DNA of 64,000 bases from a virus. The notes beneath the pieces were generated by a model. The model ran no database searches. It was not told the origin of the DNA and saw only the letters and a program-made list of their open reading frames with translations. Below, in pieces: positions 36,950-45,731 of this stretch (within the stretch, counting starts at the first letter, position 1; every line of letters begins with the position of its first letter). The position numbers were made by a program, and so were the translations under genes. Where the stretch lies: IMG/VR virus record IMGVR_UViG_3300045988_132725, one strand, 5' to 3'.

Positions 36950-37767
36950 GTCAAATTGTATTTGGATTTGATGCTTGATGATATGTTTTTCATGGATTGA
37001 ATAAGATTCTTATCCACGGTGAAGTATGGGTGATCCTCTCCGAATATAGCTCCACCCTTCGCTAGGTTTTGCTTGAACACAGGATTAACTGCTTTATCTA
37101 TAATAGAACTTATATCGGGAACATCCATATAGTTGGGTCTCGTAAATGATTCCACCAAGTAACAACGGCATCTCCAATCGATAGGGGGGATCAGCCATTC
37201 AGGAAATTGAGATTTAGGATAGCTAAGTCCTTCCAGCGCACGATGAGAGTCACGAACACGCTCGTCCCCTTGTGTCATAAACATAAGGGTTGTCTCCTCT
37301 GGTAAAGTTATCCACCATGCTGCTATAAATGAAGCGTAGTCTATGTCCTTATTTTCGGTCTTGGCGTATACATTATTATATAGATAGAAGATCTCTTCCG
37401 GACCGCTATCCTCGTCTTGCTCCTCTATATCCATATATACTTGAGTCTCCTCTGCCGTGGCAAAATCAATCAAGTTGTCCAAAGCCGCAACGAGAGCTTT
37501 CCTTCTCTCGATCTCTGAGGGCGTTAGATATGTCTCGTTGTGATTTCTTACTATATCCAGCGCCTCGTTAAAATCTATACCAAACCTTCTCACGCAATGT
37601 CCAAAAGCGAACATGGCCCGAGCCTCGACAATGTCTTGAAACTCCTCTAGGTCTATGGTCTGGTTGTCGAATTTATCTAATAGTTGCTCGAACAAGAACA
37701 ATAAATACTCGTACTCTTTCTCGGTCTCATCATTAATTTTAGTCTCATCGAATATCTCGTCTTCCAT
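36946..37767 (-). CDS. Mu F-like minor head protein
   Basis: 273 aa. QGDERVRDSHRALEGLSYP and IDWRCRCYLVE are the Phage_Mu_F signature. Confidence 0.8.
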   Translation of the reverse strand: MEDEIFDETKINDETEKEYEYLLFLFEQLLDKFDNQTIDLEEFQDIVEARAMFAFGHCVRRFGIDFNEALDIVRNHNETYLTPSEIERRKALVAALDNLIDFATAEETQVYMDIEEQDEDSGPEEIFYLYNNVYAKTENKDIDYASFIAAWWITLPEETTLMFMTQGDERVRDSHRALEGLSYPKSQFPEWLIPPIDWRCRCYLVESFTRPNYMDVPDISSIIDKAVNPVFKQNLAKGGAIFGEDHPYFTVDKNLIQSMKNISSSIKSKYNLT

Positions 37768-39106
37768 TCATGACCTCCTGTAAATAGTTCGCTACGCTAC
37801 TGCTGCTCCTTCTCCTATAACGTCTTCTGGATGCAGGGGCAACAGTACCCATTGATCCACCAGCCACCACGTTATCCTTATCATCGACTTTACCGTCATC
37901 ATTTATATCGTTCCATCCAGCGGGATTATTAAACTGCTTCTTTACAACAACACCAAATTCCTTTGCGATCTCGTCTGGTTCTATCTCATATTTATCTGAA
38001 AGAAAATCGTAAAGATCTATCTTGCTCTCAACGCTCATCTCCAATCCTCCGGAATATTTAAATTCCAGTCCATTCTCAATATATCCCATAGCTACTAGCC
38101 GTGGAATAATCTCCTCGTTCATGGCATTCTCAATATATTCCCGATAGACCTTGATGCGGTCTCGGAAAATATCTTGGTGGGCTTTAGTTGATCCTACATA
38201 GGATTGTGTCGCTCCAGCCATAGACTCAGAACCTAGAATCAAATTTGACACCTCGGCGTTAACTAGCTCGATAAGGCTCGTATAAATCTTCTCGCTATTG
38301 GACATAGTAAAAGCCTTGATGTCTATGTCATCATTTAATCCCGTCACGATAACACGATTGGTTGCGGCAGATGCGATATCGTTGGCTAGTCTATTTCGAT
38401 CTCCAAGATTCTCACTCTCCGATTTACCATGGATAATAGGTTGTCCATATGTATGGCTGAAATTTATGTAGTTAGCCAACGTGAATTTCTTGGCGAGAAT
38501 CAATGGAGTAGTGGCTGAGAACAAGCCTAGATCACCAGAGTTTATAAGGATATAGTTCTTCTTATATTTAGGAGTCTCAAGGTCCCAATTAGGAAGCCAT
38601 ATGCCTTGACGTTTCAATACGGTCTTTTGTTCAGGCAATACATTGCGGCGTTCGATGAGATTCACGTCATTCAGTTTTCCTGTAATAGGATCGATTGTTG
38701 GATTAATCTCAATCAACGTATAACCATACAATTTAGATTCAGCAATGCCTTTGATGATCTTGATGAATTGGCTCCCTTGTATTTTCTTCGTAGCCTCCAC
38801 ATCACGGACATATTGACCATTAGCATTTTGTCTTGCCAACATATATCTTTCTCCGATAATCTGGGACTCCAATGTCTCTAAGACACTTCTTATGTGAGCG
38901 TCCTGTTGTACACATGCCTCATATAAGTCGATCAATCTTGATCTATCATCCAAGATCACTCCCTTGACAACTTGAGAGCGAGTCGATTTATATCTGCAAT
39001 TCCTTTCGATCTCGGACACATATTCCTGTATGGTCTTTTTGCTTGTCCGGAAGATACTCTCTAAGGTTTGCGAGTCTATTTTCCCTTGATTTATATTCTT
39101 GTCCAT
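37745..39106 (-). CDS. Portal protein (Mu gp29-like)
   Basis: 453 aa, immediately upstream of the MuF-like gene, with an Arg/Ser-rich C-terminal tail. Called by size, position and composition. Confidence 0.65.
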   Translation of the reverse strand: MDKNINQGKIDSQTLESIFRTSKKTIQEYVSEIERNCRYKSTRSQVVKGVILDDRSRLIDLYEACVQQDAHIRSVLETLESQIIGERYMLARQNANGQYVRDVEATKKIQGSQFIKIIKGIAESKLYGYTLIEINPTIDPITGKLNDVNLIERRNVLPEQKTVLKRQGIWLPNWDLETPKYKKNYILINSGDLGLFSATTPLILAKKFTLANYINFSHTYGQPIIHGKSESENLGDRNRLANDIASAATNRVIVTGLNDDIDIKAFTMSNSEKIYTSLIELVNAEVSNLILGSESMAGATQSYVGSTKAHQDIFRDRIKVYREYIENAMNEEIIPRLVAMGYIENGLEFKYSGGLEMSVESKIDLYDFLSDKYEIEPDEIAKEFGVVVKKQFNNPAGWNDINDDGKVDDKDNVVAGGSMGTVAPASRRRYRRRSSSSVANYLQEVMNGRRDIR

Positions 39107-39117
39107 TAGGTTTTAGT

Positions 39118-39136
39118 TATTTATGAAGAATAGAGG
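39118..39136 (-). promoter_or_regulatory. Structural-gene box (minus sense CCTCTATTCTTCATAAATA)
   Basis: About 22 nt upstream of the portal ATG. A second CCTCTATT lies about 30 nt further 5'. Confidence 0.4.
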
Positions 39137-39379
39137 CATCTTAAGTGAGTTGTTTTGAAATAGAGGTTCTATGATATTATCCAATATATATTCAAATGCC
39201 TATTTTGTTTGTTTTGTTAAACACGATATTAATATACTTAAACGTTTCTGTGGCATTACATATAAGTGATGAATAATTTTATATATCGTGTATTTATATT
39301 TTATGTGCTAATAATTAGATGGATATAAATTTATAATAAAAAATATATGTAATAGTTTGTCAGTATAAAAATAGATGTA

Positions 39380-39387
39380 TATCTTTG
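39380..39387 (+). promoter_or_regulatory. Host-type -7 box TATCTTTG for the rightward early operon
   Basis: A TAnnTTTG match 50 nt upstream of the ATG at 39437, inside a 330-nt A+T-rich divergent region. Confidence 0.45.
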
Positions 39388-39436
39388 CATCGTATTAATA
39401 ATAACAATAAATAAAAAGTATGAAAACTGAAAATTA

Positions 39437-39982
39437 ATGTACGGTTTTAATTACTTTAGCGTTCAAGGAAACTTTCGGTCCATTAACGATAGGGGACAGG
39501 AGGAAAACGCTAAAGAGCTATTTTTAACTGAATCAGCAAATTTTTGTGATGCTGAAACCACGGTCTCGGAACTGCTAAAAGAGACTACTCAATTTCCGGA
39601 TACTATTGATATCCCAAAGATCAATAGACTGGATAAGGTGAAAAACTTGCTATATAGGGATATTCTTCAAGTTGAGAAATCAGAGAAGAAAGGCTATATG
39701 GAGTATTCAATTGATAAGGAAAACGGTGTGATATTGTTTTCCGCAAAGGTGCAATTCGAGGAAATATCGGGAAACAAGGTCAAAACCACAACCGAAATTT
39801 ATCTCGTTCCGGCTAAATCTACCTCAGAGGTCGAGAAGCACCTTAAGGCTCATTTAAAAGATAGTGTATTTGATTACAAGATTCCGGATGTGAACGGGAC
39901 TAAGTTCGATACCATATTGGTATTGGAAGAGACACATCGAGATCTGGTGAAGGATTATGATCTGATTAAAAATAGATTATAA
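39437..39982 (+). CDS. Hypothetical protein (two similar halves, possibly DUF4494-like)
   Basis: 181 aa. The family assignment rests on weak memory only. Confidence 0.4.
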   Translation: MYGFNYFSVQGNFRSINDRGQEENAKELFLTESANFCDAETTVSELLKETTQFPDTIDIPKINRLDKVKNLLYRDILQVEKSEKKGYMEYSIDKENGVILFSAKVQFEEISGNKVKTTTEIYLVPAKSTSEVEKHLKAHLKDSVFDYKIPDVNGTKFDTILVLEETHRDLVKDYDLIKNRL

Positions 39983-40428
39983 TGTACATTCCTCAGTATT
40001 TTGAGGTTCAGGAATTAGTATGCCCTCATGTTTGCAATAAGTGGGGGCATAATCCGAACTTCATCTGGAGCTTCTTTGATCCCCATTTACTTGAAACACT
40101 GGACTTTCTGAGAGAAAAACTAGGGAAACCTATTTTTGTAAATAGCTGGTCTATAGGGGGAAGCTTGTCACAACGAGGTCTTCGTTGTAATCTATGTGAT
40201 CTGGTTAGATCTAAAACCAGCATGTCTAAAATATACATGAGTTCGCACATCTTGGGAAAAGCTTGTGATTTTGATGTTAAGGAAATGAATGCGGCAGCGG
40301 TCCGTAATTGGATCATGCTTCATGCCTCGGAACTTCCATATCCAATATCACTGGAGGATGGCGTATCGTGGGTACATCTAGATATGCGTGAACAAGGTAA
40401 TAAAAAAATCTATCTATTTAAAGCGTAA
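39982..40428 (+). CDS. Peptidase M15-family cell-wall hydrolase (endolysin)
   Basis: 148 aa. SSHILGKACDFD and WVHLD are zinc-ligand motifs of M15 D-Ala-D-Ala / L-Ala-D-Glu peptidases. Confidence 0.75.
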   Translation: MYIPQYFEVQELVCPHVCNKWGHNPNFIWSFFDPHLLETLDFLREKLGKPIFVNSWSIGGSLSQRGLRCNLCDLVRSKTSMSKIYMSSHILGKACDFDVKEMNAAAVRNWIMLHASELPYPISLEDGVSWVHLDMREQGNKKIYLFKA

Positions 40429-40431
40429 AAA

Positions 40432-40851
40432 ATGAGCACTAAACATAATTTCGAGGCTTGGTATCCTGAGTTACCAGATTTATTATTCGGTCAAGTGATG
40501 GGAGTATCCGTATTCAACGCTACGGCTTTTATGAACAACAGAGAAGTAGATCAATTTCAATGCAGCATTGATAATTATAAGGAAACTTGCTCTGTTATTA
40601 TTGATCTATACGCAAGAAAATTGGGACTTGATAGTCCGGAGCAATTGTTTTTGACTGATGATAATGGAGACACTATGATCCACGAGGTTCTCGCCTTCTC
40701 CTTTGTTGAGTATATTGATCCTGCGTTCTCTGTCTATATGCACGATAGGATGCACGAGCTGTTCTACAACGGGATGGTAGTATCTGATAACTATTTGGCA
40801 GTAGCCGCTAAGAGAAGGTTGCCGAAATCGGTACTGGAAAAATTGGTATAA
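40432..40851 (+). CDS. Hypothetical protein
   Basis: 139-aa ORF in the operon. Confidence 0.45.
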   Translation: MSTKHNFEAWYPELPDLLFGQVMGVSVFNATAFMNNREVDQFQCSIDNYKETCSVIIDLYARKLGLDSPEQLFLTDDNGDTMIHEVLAFSFVEYIDPAFSVYMHDRMHELFYNGMVVSDNYLAVAAKRRLPKSVLEKLV

Positions 40852-40861
40852 GTATCGTAAG

Positions 40862-41227
40862 ATGGCAAGACCTATAGGATTAGGACCAGAAGTAAATACG
40901 GTCCTAATCTTTGAACCTAATTTTAACTTGATAGCCATTGTATCTAATTCGTATCAAGCGGCTAAACTAACAGGGTCATATCAACCAGCTGTACACATGG
41001 CGATAAAGGGTGGATTAAAAACTACGAATAGCTTGTATTTTAGATCGGTACCTCCCAATATGGAAGTCTATATTTCGGACTTGTATTCATTAAAATTACA
41101 AGAGTTTGACCAAATGTGTGGATTGGAGAGATCCTATGAAACCCCAGAGAGATTATTAAACAGAGCAAAGAAGTATAACAAGGAAACAACTATTAAGAAA
41201 AATGACAAACGTAAGAATCTTAAATAA
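40862..41227 (+). CDS. Small DNA-binding-like protein (NUMOD1/IENR-type helix motif)
   Basis: 121 aa. SNSYQAAKLTGSYQPAVHMAIKGGLKTTNSLYFR resembles homing-endonuclease-associated DNA-binding modules. Confidence 0.4.
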   Translation: MARPIGLGPEVNTVLIFEPNFNLIAIVSNSYQAAKLTGSYQPAVHMAIKGGLKTTNSLYFRSVPPNMEVYISDLYSLKLQEFDQMCGLERSYETPERLLNRAKKYNKETTIKKNDKRKNLK

Positions 41228-41648
41228 ATCAAATAATTCAAACCCTGCGTATGAGACACTAGGATCATCTGGAATGGATGTAAGAGCTTTTTGTGAAGAA
41301 AGTATAGTGATTGAGCCGAACCATAGGGCACTAATCAAGACAGGACTTCATGTTGGATTACCGACAGACTATGAGATCCAAGTAAGACCAAGGAGCGGTT
41401 TGGCGCTGAAGAAGGGTATAACAGTTGTCAATACTCCGGGGACAGTGGATGAATCTTATAAAGGCGAGATAGGTATAATTCTCATAAATCATGGAGATGA
41501 GCCTTTCGTGGTCAACAGTGGTGATCGCATAGCCCAGTTGGTATTGCAAAAAGTCCCTAAGATCAATTGGATTCCGGTTGATACTATAGAAGAATTGGGA
41601 GAGTCGGAAAGAGGAGAGAGTGGCTTTGGTCATACAGGTGTGCAGTAG
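41202..41648 (+). CDS. dut: dUTP diphosphatase
   Basis: 148 aa. GSSGMDVRA, RSGLALKKGITVVNTPGTVDESYKGEIGIILINHG, GDRIAQLVL and ERGESGFGHTG are the five dUTPase motifs. Confidence 0.95.
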   Translation: MTNVRILNKSNNSNPAYETLGSSGMDVRAFCEESIVIEPNHRALIKTGLHVGLPTDYEIQVRPRSGLALKKGITVVNTPGTVDESYKGEIGIILINHGDEPFVVNSGDRIAQLVLQKVPKINWIPVDTIEELGESERGESGFGHTGVQ

Positions 41649-41672
41649 TGTTAAATCTAATATGTAATAATT

Positions 41673-42449
41673 ATGGAGAATAAAGTAGTATTATCAAAAA
41701 ATAGTAACAGTGATGAAATCAAAGCGTATTTCTTAGAGGTGTCCAGATTATCCAAATCTAATGAAGAGTTTCCTGTGGATTTGGATGATGTATGGCCTCT
41801 TGTCTATGAAAGAAAAGACAACGCTGTTAAGTCTTTAATCAAATATTTTATACAAGGTATTGATTATCAATTAATCCGCCAAAAAGCGGATCAGCCAACA
41901 GGCAGTAAATATGTAAATAAATATTTCATAACATCATCATGTCTTGAATTTTTTATCGCTCGCAAGATTCGTACTGTCTTTGAAATCTATCGGCAGGTTT
42001 TTCATAAAGCAGTTATCAACTTGTCCTTGCCTAATTTTGAGGACCCTGTTGAAGCCGCCTTAGCTTGGGCTGAACAATATAAAGAGAAACAATTAGCACT
42101 TCAGAAAATAGAAGAGGATAAACCCAAGGTTGAGTACTATAACGAGATGGTAGAGAACCGTGATTACTTTACCATATCTTCTATTGCGATTGAGCTGAAA
42201 GTGACAGCAGCCAGTTTGAATAAGTTCCTCTTGGATACTGGATGGTTTACTAAAAAGTTCAGCATTATTATCGCCGATGATGAGCACAAGAGTTGGCAAT
42301 GTGATGTTCCTTATTATCAAACCAAAAAGGATGGAACAAAATACGTAATGGCATCTCTAGTAAGATGGAGTAAGAAAGGCAGAGAGAATATCATTAAACT
42401 TTGGAAGTCTAACAATCAAAAACAAGAAAACGATGTTGAATTATATTAA
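41673..42449 (+). CDS. KilAC-domain antirepressor-like protein
   Basis: 258 aa. EDKPKVEYYNEMVENRDYFTISSIAIELKVTAASLNKFL is the KilAC/ANT C-terminal pattern. Confidence 0.65.
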   Translation: MENKVVLSKNSNSDEIKAYFLEVSRLSKSNEEFPVDLDDVWPLVYERKDNAVKSLIKYFIQGIDYQLIRQKADQPTGSKYVNKYFITSSCLEFFIARKIRTVFEIYRQVFHKAVINLSLPNFEDPVEAALAWAEQYKEKQLALQKIEEDKPKVEYYNEMVENRDYFTISSIAIELKVTAASLNKFLLDTGWFTKKFSIIIADDEHKSWQCDVPYYQTKKDGTKYVMASLVRWSKKGRENIIKLWKSNNQKQENDVELY

Positions 42450-43680
42450 GAATATCATAAAGAGAGGGAGTTTTGAGTTCGCTGGAAACAGCGTAATGTA
42501 TATAATCAACAGCGTAGACAATATGATGTGGTTCAGATTGTCGGATATATGCTCCGCTATAAATGTAACGGATTGGTGTAATCCTAAACACAAGAACTAC
42601 TTGATGGGTAAGGGCAAGCTGGATAATAAGCGAAGGATTTTATTCACCCAATCCAAAGTGTACGCTTGGGGAATCAACGAAGAGGATGTTGTTTGGTTAT
42701 TGGAGGAATATGCGGAGACCAATTCCACTAGAGCTGAGTGTGCCTCTAGACTATTGAACATTATCAAAAAATTTATTGAGAGAGAAAAAGGAGCGGAGAT
42801 GAAAGTGGAAGGACCAAAAGAAACAAATAATGTATCAAGCTATAAAAAAGAACTAACTAATTTTCCGGGTATATTTAATTATAATGGGAACAATATAACC
42901 TTTAAGACTGTCAACAACACAGTGATGGTCAATGCTACAGAAATGGCAAAAGGTTTTGACAAAAGATTTCCTGATTGGATACGATTGAAGTCCACAAAAG
43001 AATTTCTATATGTATTGTCTACCATAAAAAATAAGAATAATAGTCGTCGTGCAGATCTGCACGACGGTATTCAATATGTTAGTTATAAAGAACTTAAATT
43101 CGTTATGTCAGGCGCAAAAGAAAATCATAGCCTTATTTTAATTTCTCAAGGAGGTCAAGCGCAGGGAACGTGGATGCACGAGGATGTAGCTTTGGAGTTC
43201 GCTCGTTGGTTAGCTCCTGAGTTTGCTATCTGGTGTAACGACAAGATTAAAGAGTTAATCACAACAGGAACTACATCATTATATAACAACGTTAATTTTG
43301 GCGGTTTCCCCATCCCTCAGAAATTCTCTGATGCTCTTATTTTATCCGCTCATCTACAGCAGAAGGTAGAGGAACAGGAAGCCAAGATCGAAGAGGATAA
43401 ACCGAAGGTGGAATACTACTCTGGTATGGTAGAGAATCGAGATTATTTTACCACTACGACTATCGCTACGGAATTGAGAACGACATCTCAAGTATTGAAT
43501 CAATTCTTATGTAACAAGGGGGTATTGACCGGAAAATCTGGTAACTGGAAAGTAACAGATGAGCATCAAACCTTATTGTCACCTTCTCCGTTCAAATCAA
43601 TCATTAGATGGAATCATGAGGGTCGAACATTGATACACCAGCTTTGGGAAGAAAAAGTAGAAGAGTTAGTAGAAGCTTAA
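42433..43680 (+). CDS. Bro-N / KilA-N / KilAC multidomain antirepressor-like protein
   Basis: 415 aa. KilA-N block NATEMAKGFDKRFPDWIRLKSTKEFL...GTWMHEDVALEFARWLAPEFAIWCNDKI. C-terminal EDKPKVEYYSGMVENRDYFTTTTIATEL. Confidence 0.75.
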   Translation: MLNYIKNIIKRGSFEFAGNSVMYIINSVDNMMWFRLSDICSAINVTDWCNPKHKNYLMGKGKLDNKRRILFTQSKVYAWGINEEDVVWLLEEYAETNSTRAECASRLLNIIKKFIEREKGAEMKVEGPKETNNVSSYKKELTNFPGIFNYNGNNITFKTVNNTVMVNATEMAKGFDKRFPDWIRLKSTKEFLYVLSTIKNKNNSRRADLHDGIQYVSYKELKFVMSGAKENHSLILISQGGQAQGTWMHEDVALEFARWLAPEFAIWCNDKIKELITTGTTSLYNNVNFGGFPIPQKFSDALILSAHLQQKVEEQEAKIEEDKPKVEYYSGMVENRDYFTTTTIATELRTTSQVLNQFLCNKGVLTGKSGNWKVTDEHQTLLSPSPFKSIIRWNHEGRTLIHQLWEEKVEELVEA

Positions 43681-43736
43681 TAATAACCACGTCCACCCTT
43701 CCTTTTCGGATTGGTGGACACTAAAACTATCACAAA

Positions 43737-44012
43737 ATGGAAAAATACGAATTAAAAGAAAACAACACTTATTATTACAAACATCATTTATATGTCGTAA
43801 TAAATATAGGAAGACAGAAAATGGAAAATGGAGCATGGGAAGATTGTGTTATCTATAAACGTGAAGACGCTCCTAAAGATCCATTAGAGCAAAAGATGTT
43901 CGTAATAGCAATATATGATTTCTTGAAGAATTTTGAAACACTGGAGTACGTAAGACCCAGTTTGTATACCGGAAACATTGTGGCGAACGGAATAATATTT
44001 AATGCAAAATGA
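43737..44012 (+). CDS. Hypothetical protein
   Basis: 91-aa ORF. Confidence 0.4.
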   Translation: MEKYELKENNTYYYKHHLYVVINIGRQKMENGAWEDCVIYKREDAPKDPLEQKMFVIAIYDFLKNFETLEYVRPSLYTGNIVANGIIFNAK

Positions 44013-44251
44013 AAATTGTAAAAATACGAGTTGGTAAGGTGCTCGATCTTGTTACGAATGAATTATTGTATAATGTAGAATTTAAATTCGAGAACCAACG
44101 CAGATTCACTGGATATTCAATTGAAAATTGGAAGGATATATGGGACGCAAAGTTAGCTATCCAGATGCACGATAGAGGAACGACCACATTTCATAAAGTA
44201 GGAGCAGATAAGAATGGCAAAATTTTTATGTCGAGTAAGATAGAACAGTGA
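44009..44251 (+). CDS. Hypothetical protein
   Basis: 80-aa ORF coupled to both neighbours. Confidence 0.4.
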   Translation: MKIVKIRVGKVLDLVTNELLYNVEFKFENQRRFTGYSIENWKDIWDAKLAIQMHDRGTTTFHKVGADKNGKIFMSSKIEQ

Positions 44252-45153
44252 ATGTTTTATCTCTCTTTGATGGGATCAGTTGCGGAAGACTGGCTTTGGA
44301 AAGAGCTGGCTTCACGTCCATCAAATATTATGCTAGTGAGATAAGCACAGCAGCCATTACCGTGAGTGAACATAACTATCCAGATCTCATAAGGCTGGGA
44401 GATGTTCAAAATTGGAAGGATTGGGATATAAATTGGAACAGCATTGATTTGCTAATAGGGGGAACGCCGTGCCAAGGTTTCAGCTTTGCTGGTAAGCAAT
44501 TAAACTTTAATGACCCAAGAAGTAAGCTCTTTTTCGTTTATCTGGATATTCTCAACCACATCAAATCATTAAATCCTAACGTAAGATTTCTTCTTGAGAA
44601 TGTGAAGATGAAGCGAGAGTATCAAGACATAATTTCCAAATCTCTAGGAGTAGAGCCTATTATGATTAATTCTTCTTTGGTCTCGGCTCAAAATAGAAAA
44701 AGAAATTATTGGGCAAACTGGGGTATAAAGCAACCTCAAGACAAGGGCATACTTTTAAGTGATATCGTCTTGGATGGTATCGTTGAAAAGGATAAAGCTT
44801 ATTGCCTTACATGTAGATCGGGGAACGCTAGGGATTATTTTAAGAAGCATCAAAGTAATATAGCGTTTATTCCTTCTTCTTCTGGAGAATACAAGATTGA
44901 AAATGGAAAGATCAATATCGTGTTTAAAAAGTCGCCAGATCAAAACGCTTATACCTTTGACGTAAATATACCGGATGGGAGATACAATATTAGACCTCTC
45001 TCTCCTGTTGAATGCGAACGTTTACAAACATTGCCAGACCATTATACTTCTAGTGTTGGGATAACAGAGAGATATAATCAATTAGGCAATGGCTGGAGCG
45101 TAGATACGATTACACATATTTTAAAAGAACTAAAATCACAAGAACAATCATGA
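44248..45153 (+). CDS. dcm: DNA (cytosine-5)-methyltransferase
   Basis: 301 aa, GTG start. Motifs LSLFDGISCG (I), GGTPCQGFSFAGK (IV), LLENV (VI), QTLPDHYT and LGNGWSV (X). Confidence 0.9.
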   Translation: MNVLSLFDGISCGRLALERAGFTSIKYYASEISTAAITVSEHNYPDLIRLGDVQNWKDWDINWNSIDLLIGGTPCQGFSFAGKQLNFNDPRSKLFFVYLDILNHIKSLNPNVRFLLENVKMKREYQDIISKSLGVEPIMINSSLVSAQNRKRNYWANWGIKQPQDKGILLSDIVLDGIVEKDKAYCLTCRSGNARDYFKKHQSNIAFIPSSSGEYKIENGKINIVFKKSPDQNAYTFDVNIPDGRYNIRPLSPVECERLQTLPDHYTSSVGITERYNQLGNGWSVDTITHILKELKSQEQS

Positions 45154-45731
45154 GCGAACAAATAAGCGTATATACATTTGAAGATGTAACTACTCACATG
45201 AAAAATGAAATCCATTATTTTATCACTATAGATAATGAGATTTTTTTGAATTTGAAAGACGTAGCTATTGGATTAGGGTTTGAAAGAATCCAAAGTATTA
45301 ATGGTAAAGAGTATCGATCAATTAGATGGGGGAACATTAAAGGCTATCTGTCACAAGTAAATGATATGACAAATGTAGATCTAATAGATAGCAATACATA
45401 TATTTCTGAATCTGATTTTTATGGGTTAGCTGTGATTGCCAGATCTAAAACAGCAATGGATTTTAAGCATAAGATGGCTAAAATATATATGCCTGATATC
45501 AGAAGAAAGAATGACGATATTAGATTTAACTCTCTCAATAAGAAAGAACATTGTAGCGATCAGTCTTTGAATAACAAAACAATATCGATCAATATTTCTT
45601 CATTAATCAGTAATCTTATAATCACCGACACTCAAGCTGATAATGCTGTTGAGATCATTGAACATAAAATACGCATGGCTTTAGAAAATATCGTAAAAAC
45701 ATACTCAATCAATCAAAATGAACAATATTGA
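45150..45731 (+). CDS. Bro-N domain protein
   Basis: 193 aa. The N-terminus YTFEDVTTHMKNEIHYFITIDNEIFLNLKDVAIGLGF resembles the Bro-N pattern. Confidence 0.5.
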   Translation: MSEQISVYTFEDVTTHMKNEIHYFITIDNEIFLNLKDVAIGLGFERIQSINGKEYRSIRWGNIKGYLSQVNDMTNVDLIDSNTYISESDFYGLAVIARSKTAMDFKHKMAKIYMPDIRRKNDDIRFNSLNKKEHCSDQSLNNKTISINISSLISNLIITDTQADNAVEIIEHKIRMALENIVKTYSINQNEQY

